Positions 23,501 to 32,839 of a stretch of DNA of 64,000 nt are shown piece after piece. The stretch lies in the NCBI GenBank assembly GCA_008632985.1, contig QPGO01000097.1, positions 124,001-188,000 on the forward strand, in the 5' to 3' direction. The stretch's first letter is position 1. The number at the start of each line of letters is the position of its first letter. Source of the stretch: Psammoneis japonica (Eukaryota). The notes below the pieces were generated by a model. That model was not told where the DNA came from, ran no database searches, and was given only the letters and a program-made list of their open reading frames with translations. The position numbers and the translations under genes were made by a program.

Positions 23501-26445
23501 GTCCGCCAAGCGACGCATTCCAGCTCTGGGTGGGACCTTGCACTGCTGCACTGTGACATCAACAGTTTTTTGGATCGCGTCGCATGTCGCGCACGTGCAT
23601 TTCTACGTGTTACATTCTACAAAATTGTTTCATGCTCCCTGTTTTGCAAAGCCAAAGAGGCTTTCTATTTTCAACATTTGTGAGAACAAAAATGCGCTGG
23701 GCATGTTCTGCAATGTCTGAAGAACACACCTGGGCAAACTGTCAATGATGTGCTCCAAGTGTGAAGGAGGAGACACGTTCGTAAAATTGCCTCTTTTTCT
23801 GTTGGTGATCATTTGCACTTTCATTGCAGTGTGAATTTGCTGCGGAGCTTGCACACAGAATTCCACGGGCCCAATGTCGCACGGAGTCCCACCTGGGACT
23901 GGAACCCGTCAAGCTCCACTGGCGCACCCCCACCGAGGTGCCATCCAGATCTGCTCCCAACATCAGCCCACTGGTGGGAACCAGGGCACTGCCACCTGGA
24001 TGATTCCGACTGGCCGTCCGAATCCCATGAATTACGTGGTCGCTTCGTTGGCATCGCCGAACATGTTGGTCACCAAATGACATTCAAGATTCTTTCCGAC
24101 GACACTCAGAAGATTCTCTGCTGTTCCAACGTGCGCTCCGCCCATGATCCATCTGCTCCAAACCTGCGTCTTGATCCTCTTGATGAGAGATCTGCTGACC
24201 CTGTCATTAAATCCTGCCATGACTCCAAGGATTTGCCAGATTCACCAGATGGGGAGATGATCAGGATGCCCAAAATGCCGGTCTTTGACCCCGAGGACAT
24301 CATCGGACACACCTTCCTCATGAAGCCACAAGAGGATGGTCAACGCCACAGAGCCTGCATCGTCAAAGCCATTGAGGACCACAACTGGGAAATTGGAGGC
24401 AATCCTGAACTGGTCAAGTTCATTTGCTCCATCAACAATGACAAATGCGAGGAAGTCCTGGCCCACAACGACATCATGCACCACATTGAGCAAGAAGACG
24501 AGGACACCACTCTCTGGAAGTTCCGATGCATCGCATCGCACGAAGGACCATTGCGACCCCATGATCCCCATTGGAAAGGCTCAAGCTGCAACGTCATGCT
24601 TGAATGGGAGAATGGGGAGATCACATCCGAACCCCTTGCCATCATTGCCAAGGACAACCCCATCACCTGTGCCATCTGCGCGCGTGAGCACAGCCTTCTA
24701 GAAACCGAAGGATGGAGATGTTTTTGCAAGACAGCACTTTGTCAGAAGAGGCCATTCCGCATGGCCAACCAAGCCAAGTTGCGCTCCTTTTGCACTGCAC
24801 CACAACACAAGTGCGGGCATGAAGTGCCACGGGACTGCAAGCATGCCATGGCCCTTGATGAGCGCAACGGCAACCGCAAGTGGGGAGACGCAACGGACCT
24901 CGAGATGACTCAGCTTGATGAGTGCGAGGTCTTCCATGACTGCAGACACCACAAGGATTCCAGTGCTCCATCAGGACACAAGAAGATCCGGGCACATCTC
25001 ATCCACAACGTCAAACATGACGGACGGCACAAAGCAAGGCTTGTTGCCAATGGACACCTCACAGACGTGCCCATCAACAGTGTCTGTTCTGGAGTGGTGT
25101 CTCTCTGTGGCCTGCGAATGATGATCTTCCTGGCCGAACTCAACAAACTAGAGACCTGGGCCACTGACATTGGGAATGCCTGCCTTGAAGCTGCAACCAA
25201 GTAGAAACTGCACATTGCAGCAGGCCCCAAGTTTGGCGACCTGGAAGGACACATCCCTGTCATCCACAAGGCCTTGCACGAACTCTGCAGCTCTGGCCTC
25301 AGATGGCATGAACGCTTTGCTGATTGCTTGCGGTGCCAAAGGCTTCTTTCCATGCAAAGCCGAACCCGACATCTGGCTGCACAGGAATGGTGACCACTGC
25401 GAATGCGTGGCAGTGCATGTGGATGACCTGGCCTTCACCATGAAGGACCCCCAGGCTTTTGCAGACACCCTCATGGAGAAGCACAAGTTCAAGCTCAAGG
25501 GCACTGGACCATTGGAGTTCCATCTTGGCTGCAACTTCACCCGTGACCCAGACAGTGCCCTGTGCCTTGCTCCCCGCAAGTGCATTGAGTGCATGGTTGA
25601 CAACCACGTGCGCCTCTTTGGGGAGAAGCCCCGCACTGATGTGCTTTCACCCCTTGACAAGGGTGACCACCCTGAGCTCGACACCTCCAAATTGCTCAAA
25701 CCCGATGGCATGCACCAACTCCAATCCTTGATTGGATCCCTGCAATGGGCAGCATCTCCAGGTTGCATTGACATTGCTGCGGCTGTCATGTCCCTGTCTG
25801 GCTTCCGTGCAGCGCCCCGTCAAGGCCACCTAGACCGTGCCAAATGCATCTGCGGATTCCTCTCCAAGATGCGTCATGGCACCCTCCGAGTGCGCACCGA
25901 GGAGCCCGACCATTCGGACCTCCCTGAGCCCATGTGTGACTGGGCTCAATCTGTGTGTGGGGAGGCAGAAGAGCTGCTCCCGCAAGATGCACCCAAGCCG
26001 CTTGGCAAGTTCGTCACCACCACACACTGCGTTGATGTGAACTTGTTCCATTGCATGCTCACTGGATGCTCTGTCACCGGCATCCTCCATTTCCTCAACA
26101 AGTTTCTGGCTGATTGGTTCTCTAAGAAACAAGCAACAGTTGAGACCACCATGCATGGATCCAAGTTTGTTGCCGCAAGGATGTGTGCGTTGAGCAGATC
26201 ATTGATCTGCGCATCACTTTGCGTCACCTTGGCGTTCCCATTCGTGAAACATGTTGCATGTTTGGGGACAACAAGTCAGGTGTGGACAGTGCCACCATCC
26301 CGCACTCCAAGTTGCACAAGCGACACACTGCCCTCTCATTCCATTGAGTGCGTGAGGCGATTGCCTCCGGTTTCCTTGAGTTTCATTTTGTCGAAGGCTC
26401 CTGCAACCCGGCTGACATCCTCAGCAAGCATTGGGGTCACTCCTA
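20580..26445 (+). pseudogene. Copia gag-pol polyprotein, disrupted
   Basis: Stops at 23079-81 and 25202-04, frameshifts, MITE insertion in integrase, and near-total Tyr loss (2 Tyr in the 833-aa ORF; none seen in the 463- and 441-aa ORFs). Confidence 0.92.
23512..23910. mobile_element. 399-bp non-autonomous TIR element (MITE-like) inserted in the Copia integrase
   Basis: Flanked by an aagc duplication (23508-11, 23911-14); imperfect ~25-bp TIRs gacgcattccagctctgggtgggac versus reverse complement gacgggttccagtcccaggtgggac; removal restores NHTVSAK-LHWRTP. Confidence 0.8.
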
Positions 26446-26561
26446 AATCTGCCAATCTGGAACCTCCTTTGTCCTCCAATGTTTTGGAACTTTGATCCCG
26501 AGGCTTTCAACCAATCCGACTTCGAATCTGTCGCTGTTGGCCCCTCAAGCAAACTGGGGAG

Positions 26562-26806
26562 TGACAGGATTTGAACAAGATTTCAGCTCATCACACACAA
26601 TTATGTGTGCTCTTGGCTCTGCACGCGTCGCGCGATGCAGTTTGCTTTCGAGCCACTCGGCTCACAAGAATGACAACAGCAGTGCCGACATCACGACACC
26701 AGTCTTTCGGCTCCTGTGATGGTCTCTGCATGGAGACTCATCTGCCATTTAGACAGCAGTGAGGAGCCATTGTCATCTTCCACCCAGTCATCTTCATTTT
26801 CTGTCA
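26562..26806 (+). repeat. 3' LTR
   Basis: Copy of 19520-19764, preceded by a polypurine tract. Confidence 0.96.
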
Positions 26807-28350
26807 TTGACAAACTCGTCAAAGTCACCAAACTCACCAAAGTTGACAAACTCGCCAAACTCGCCAAAGTCAACAAAGTTGACAAAGTGATGAACTCACC
26901 AAAGTTGCCAAACTTGCCAAACTTGCCAAAGTTGACAAACTCACCAAACTCACCAAAGTTGACAAACTCAGCAAAGTCGCCAAACTTGCCAAACTCGCCA
27001 AAGTTGGCAAACTCGCCAAAGTTGCCAAAGTTGCCAAAGTCACCAAACTTGCCAAAGTTGACAAACTTGCCAAAGTTGCCAAAGTTGGCAATCTTGCCAA
27101 AGTTGTCAAACTCGCCAAAGTTGCCAAAGTTGCCAAACTCGCCAAAGTCACCAAACTCACCAAACTTGCCAAAGTTGCCAAACTCGCCAAACTTGCCAAA
27201 GTTGCCAAAGTCACCAATTTTGCCAAAGTGGCCAAAGTTGCCAAACTTGCCAAACTCGCCAAAGTTGCCAAACTTGCCAAACTCGCCAAACTTGCCAAAG
27301 TTGCCAAAGCTGCCAAACTTGCCAAAGTTGCCAAAGTCACCAAACTTGCCAAAGTTGCCAAAGTTGTCAAACTCGCCAAAGTTGCCAAACTCGCCAAAGT
27401 TGCCAAAGTTGCCAAACTCACCAAACTTGCCAAAGTTGCCAAACTCGCCAAACTTGCCAAAGTTGCCAAAGTTGACAAACTCACCAAACTCACCAAAGTT
27501 GACAAACTTGCCAAAGTCACCAAACTTGCCAAAGTTGCCAAAGTTGGCAAACTCGCCAAAGTTAGTTGCCAAAGTCACCAAAGTTGACAAACTTGCCAAA
27601 GTTGCCAAAGTTGCCAAACTCGCCAAACTTGCCAAACTTGCCAAACTCGCCAAAGTTGCCAAAGTTGCCAAACTCGCCAAACTTGCCAAACTTGCCAAAC
27701 TCGCCAAACTTGCCAAAGTCACCAAAGTTGCCAAAGTTGCCAAAGTTGCCAAACTCGCCAAACTTGCCAAACTTGCCAAAGTCACCAAAGTCACCAAAGT
27801 TGACAAACTTGCCAAAGTTGCCAAACTCACCAAACTTGCCAAAGTCGCCAAACTTGCCAAAGTTGCCAAAGTTGTCAAACTCACCAAAGTTGCCAAACTC
27901 GCCAAAGTTGCCAAAGTCACCAAAGTTGCCAAACTTGCCAAACTTGCCAAAGTTGCCAAAGTTGACAAAGTTGACAAACTCGCCAAACTCACCAAAGTTG
28001 ACAAACTTGCCAAAGTTGCCAAAGTTGACAAACTTGCCAATGTCGCCAAAGTTGCCAAAGTTGGCAAACTCACCAAACATGCCAAAGTTGACCAACTTGC
28101 CAAAGTTGCCAAAGTTGGCAATCTCACCAAAGTCATCAAACTCGCCAAAGTTGCCAAAGTTGCCAATCTCGCCAAACTTGCCAAAGTTGCCAAACTTGCA
28201 AACTTGCCAAAGTTGGCAAACTCGCCAAAGTCACCAAACTTGCCAAACTTGCCAAAGTTGGCAAACTCGCCAAAGTTTTGTCAAACTTGCCAAAGTTGCC
28301 AAAGTCATCAAACTCGCCAAAGTTGCCAAAGTTGACGAACTCTTGCCAAA
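26807..28350. repeat. 9-bp satellite, right block
   Basis: Same unit family as 18776-19519; continuous with it once the Copia is removed. Confidence 0.97.
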
Positions 28351-29590
28351 CTGGCCAAAGCGTCTGCAGGAAATTGCCATTTTCACCATCTGCATCTCAA
28401 AGTTGATTTGAGTGGTGCCTGCAAGCACAAAATCTGCTGGACAAGACAAATTTGTTGCCAACACCACCTTGCAGAAAAGACATTCTTAGACACAACTTTT
28501 GACACAAAAAACTGTGAGACAAAAAAATGGGCTGTGCAAAGACCCGGATGTGTGCAATTGAAAATGTCCCAACTTTTGTGTTGTGCAGGAATGCACCAGG
28601 CTTCTGCATGCAAAAGAACCCGTGTGCGCATTTTTCAAAATGTGTGACATGGCAAGGCATGCTTTGAAAAATGTTTGCAGTCAAAACAAAAGACAAAAAA
28701 AATGTTTTTGCACGACACACCATTCCTTGTTTGTTGTTGAGAAATCGTCGTTGGTGTCACCATGGTGCAATGGCTGCGATTGTGTTGTTTGTCTCCAGCG
28801 GCTGCAAGCTCCTCATTTCCGTTGATTTTATTTTGTGCTGATGACACCTGCGTGCACAGCAAGCACTGTGCAGCAGGCTGGTGCTGCGCAGCGGTTTTGC
28901 ACAGACAGCATGCACGTTTGAGCAATTCCTCAAACATTGAGCCCTGTTTGCTCAAACATGACATGTTTGAGCAAAAGGCGGTGTTTCGACAAAACGTCAT
29001 TCAAATCGCACACTGCAGTGCCCACAATGTCAACACATGTTTGTTCGAAATGTTGTCATGTGAAACTTGTGTGTTTTGAGCAAAATGCAAGCACGGCGCA
29101 ACAGCAGCAGGCATCATGAGTGCGCAGTGGATGGACAGATGACGGATGATGATGAGAGGCCGCCCCACCCCCCTCATTGTTCTCAGATGACTGGGGTGAT
29201 GATGGGGTCAGTTGCGTCGACCCGTTTGGGTCAACAATGCTGAAAATTCCCTCCCGACCGAACCCTTTGTTCACTCATGTGTTGGCATGTGCTGCACACC
29301 ATCAGATGCATGCGTGTGTGGTTGTTGCTCCCATTCGGTGGCGTCACTGTGTCATGTCATCGAGGTGTGCGGTGGTCTACTCTCTACTCTCTACAGCAGC
29401 TGCTAGAGTAGAGAGTGCCGGTAGAGTCCAGCTGAGGCGGTGGCAGTGGCAGGCGAATGCCGAGCGCGAGATCCTCGCCACGTCACCCGCAGCACACGCC
29501 CTCCAGCAACTGTAAATGAAAAGTGCGCGCGAGCGCGCAGAGCACATTCACCGTGCGAGAAATTTGGAATGCCACAAAATGCGAACGACA

Positions 29591-31034
29591 ATGACGAACG
29601 ACCGTTCCAAGGAAGCGGCCAGCATGGAGACGACTGCACTTCATCGAAGACACGTGTCCAGATTCCCAAGGATTCAACATCACTTTATGCATGCCGTTCC
29701 TGTCTTCACAGTGTTTTCCTACGCAGTTCTTCTTCTTTCGTATCACGTGACAGCCGACGGAAACAGCTCCTACTTGCCCCACAACGACTCTTCATCCTTT
29801 GAAGCCGGAGTGCAATCTTTGTTGCATCGCTTCAGTCAAGGCCCAGATCACCTTACGATTCTCGACAAGATTCTCTTTGGAGTATTCATTATGCTGGCGC
29901 TCGAGCTACTCTGTTACTTGACACAAAATAGCGGCCGTGAGTCAGTAGAACGCGTGTTCGCTGTCCTTGTTACTGCGGATGCTTTGGCGAGAACATCCAG
30001 TTCAATATCCTTTTTATTTGTATTCTTTGTAGGTTGGTTGAATCAAAAACTAATCCCGGTGCGTGGAAAGCACTTGGACGAACTCAGTCAGAAAGACATC
30101 ATGTTCATCGGGATGAACAAAGCGGCGACGTCGCCTTTCGTTTACATTCTCTTTCGGTATGCTTACTTTGAACCAGACATAGTGTGGGACTTTGAGTCGT
30201 TATCCTGGGTATGTGAAACGTGATCTGTCTTGGTGAGATCTGCGTTACTGACTCAAAATTGTACTTACTGACGACTCCTCGTTGTGACGCTGTCTTTTTT
30301 CAGTCGACCGTGCTTCTTCCTCTACCCGTTGTGTTTGTGGTTTATGATTTCTTCTACACGATTCTTCATTGGGCCCTACATATCAAGGCTATATATGGAT
30401 ACATTCACAAACACCACCACCATCAGAAAGCTCCAAGGTATGAATCTTGTTCGTTGCAATGTGTTCATTTACGTTTTGGTTCCTCATGTTCTGACTACTG
30501 GATCCAACTTCCGCTGTCTTTCTTAAAGCCGTGGCAATGTTGATGCGGTTAATGTTCATCCAATAGAATTCTTTTTGGGTGAATACAATCATCTCTTTTC
30601 TCTTTGGCTGTGTTGCAAGGTCATGAAGATTCATGTTGTGTGCGTTGTTTTGTTCTTGGCGGTCGGTGGCGCGCTTGCGGGTATCAATCACACTCGATAC
30701 GATACCGTTTTTTCGGTCTTCTCTTTCAAATTTTACGATTCCAAGGCACATGATGTACATCATCGTCAGCCACAAAGCAATTACGGACAGTATATTATGC
30801 TGTGGGATTATGTTTTTGGGTCATATCGGTACGTTTTCAAGTTATCCTTTCAACCCTATTGGGTCGTCCCTAGAGATCCATTCTCATTATTTTTCGTTTT
30901 CTTGATCTTGTTGCTTCTGATGAAGACCTTATGATGTCAAGGATAGAGTGAACCCTAAGGCACAGTTAGATCCTAGAACCGGGAAGTCCATAGAGTATAT
31001 GGAGATGAAAGGGCTCAAGGCAAAGGCATCGTAG
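29591..31034 (+). CDS. Fatty acid hydroxylase / sterol desaturase family membrane enzyme, multi-exon
   Basis: His boxes YDFFYTILHWALH, IHKHHH, NVHPIE, INHT, HDVHH, plus NYGQYIMLWDYVFGSY; start codon uncertain (29591 or 29624). Confidence 0.88.
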
Positions 31035-31100
31035 CCTCAGGAAGGCAATCGCAGATAAAGTCTCTTGCGCATTATTATTTTTTGTTCCTAGTTGCAACAT

Positions 31101-32075
31101 TTATAGCTTTGCTTTTCTTGGCAACTTTCCGTAAACCGAAAGGTGAGCATTGTTCTCAATGTCTATCAAAGGTAAAAACGTGAACGCACTCGCCCCATCA
31201 ACGCACACGACCGTTCCAGTGACATAGCTCGCACCTTCGCTGAGTAGCCAAGTGACTGCGGAACTTATCTCTTCAGGGCTTCCAAAGCGTTTGGCGGGTA
31301 TAGATGGTAAAATGCGGTCTACAAACATGTCACCTGCCGGTCCATAGTTTTCAAAACCGCTCTCTGTCCAAATGATTCCCGGACGAACACAATTAACACG
31401 AACATTTGATTCGATCCACTCAGTGCTCAACGTCGCAGTCATGTTCTCAACACCAGCTCGAGCAGCTCCTGAATGAACCATGTTTGGCATACCGTTGCGA
31501 TTCCCAAGTGTAATGTTAACAATACTACCGCCGTGCTCATTCATCCATTGAGAATACACTTCTCGACACATGAGAAACGTCCCGACTAAATTGGTATCCG
31601 TCACTGCCCCAAATCCTCGACGAGATATATCTGCTGCTGGACAAACGAATTGCCCTCCTGCATTGTTTACAAGAAGATCCAAAGATCCGTACGTTTTCAC
31701 CACGTGAGCTACCTACAGCCAATGGACAACAGATTGGCACACAAAGAGTCAGTAGCTACCAAAAGTTGAACGTGACGAAACCAACCATCAGCAGCTTACC
31801 AGGTCACTGACATCCTCTTCTTTACGAATGTTTAAGGAAGGTCCAACGACGACTCGACCCTTGCACAAGTGCTTTCTCTCGAGAAACTTATTGATTTCTT
31901 CTGCGGCAGTTTCGCACTTTTCGGTGTGTCGGCTAGCGATAACTACGCAGCATCCTAACGAGGCAAGCTCAGTCGCGATTGCCTTTCCAATGCCAGTTCC
32001 GCCTCCACTGACAAGCGCAACCTTTCCCGCGAACAAATCGTCACGGAAGCAACTTTTCCACTCGCCGTCGCCCAT
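31101..32075 (-). CDS. Peroxisomal SDR, trans-2-enoyl-CoA reductase (PECR)-like
   Basis: SGGGTGIG, LVNNAGGQF, HSGAARAGV, VNCVRPG; C-terminal PTS1 AKL; one intron ~31713-31799. Confidence 0.88.
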
Positions 32076-32839
32076 CGTTGAGCGAACTTCGGAAAAAAAA
32101 AACGAACAAGCAAAGCAAAAGCAAGCAACACGGGTACGTACCGCATGAAGTTCAAGTTCAATCAAAGTCATGGACCATGAATGAATCAAAGTTTGGTCCT
32201 CGTACGTCAGTCCGTCGAATAGTAGGACGACTGCTACTACTCTACCGGTACTCTACTCTCTAGCTATTAGAGTAGAGTAGTAGCTACAGTAGTAGAGCTA
32301 TCATTTTAGTCGAAACTGGTCTATCTAAGACCAAAACTCTGGAATCCTTTGATGATCGAAATACGGATCTCCCAAATTTTTGGGGTGGAACACTGGGAGT
32401 CCTGGCGGTGAAACTGGAGTCGCGTTGAAACCGGCTGTAGACCACAGCAGACACTGCACAAAGTTGGAAAATAAGAAAAGACCACCTGAGTAGACCTGAA
32501 CAAGAGAATGAAGAGGACAACGACACTGCTATGTTCTGTAAGCGCATCACGATTCCAATTCGTAGCAGTGAGCAGTCGTTCAGCCGAGAAAAGTTGTGAC
32601 TACCATCGCCTAAAAAAGATGCGCCTACCATACAATGCTGATTATCCACAGCACGATGTTTTTAAGGTCCGTGATTCTCTGCTGAGTATCTAAACGTTAG
32701 ATATCATCAAGAACCCACTGTAGCAATTTCCTTTATTGTTCTCTGTCACATATATTTATCCCTGGTCGCACCCTTTAGCTAATTGCCTGCTGTCCAACTC
32801 TTTCCACTACGCCAAACCCTTGCCGAAATGGTAGATGCG

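Larger units (their letters stand above)
19520..26806 (+). mobile_element. Full-length but inactivated Ty1/Copia LTR retrotransposon (CoDi-like)
   Basis: Two 245-bp TG...CA LTRs; 5-bp TSD ttgat/ttgac; PPT aaactggggag before the 3' LTR; domain order gag-PR (LVDRGANGG)-IN (VHSD, LISD, SEPHHQHQNFAE)-RT (KHDGRHKARLVA, DIGNACLEA, HVDDL)-RH (NPADILSKHW). Confidence 0.96.
9500..29376. mobile_element. Nested, hypermutated transposon island (TpA- and partly CpG-depleted)
   Basis: Abrupt shift to TG/CA-rich, TA-poor sequence; ORF fragments rich in Cys/His and nearly devoid of Tyr; contains several recognisable TE remnants. Left edge is gradual (~9250-9560); right edge is sharp at ~29377. Confidence 0.9.

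Noticed and set aside
19520..26806. ADAR-type RNA editing, RT error or an alternative genetic code as the cause of Tyr loss
   Set aside because: Changes occur on both strands, differ between LTRs and TSD copies, and also affect a DNA transposon and non-coding DNA; host genes use Tyr codons normally.
26691..28411. 500-539 aa KVAKLAK / NFGKFG / PKLPN ORFs (also at 18699-19536)
   Set aside because: Translations of a stop-free 9-bp satellite, open in nearly all frames and interrupted by an LTR; not genes.
9500..29376. Classical fungal RIP or 5mC decay as the sole explanation
   Set aside because: These give C to T changes (RIP raises TpA). CpG decay is present but cannot turn Tyr codons into Cys/His.
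9240..29376. One giant element with terminal repeats spanning the island
   Set aside because: No matching TIRs or TSD found at the two edges by eye.
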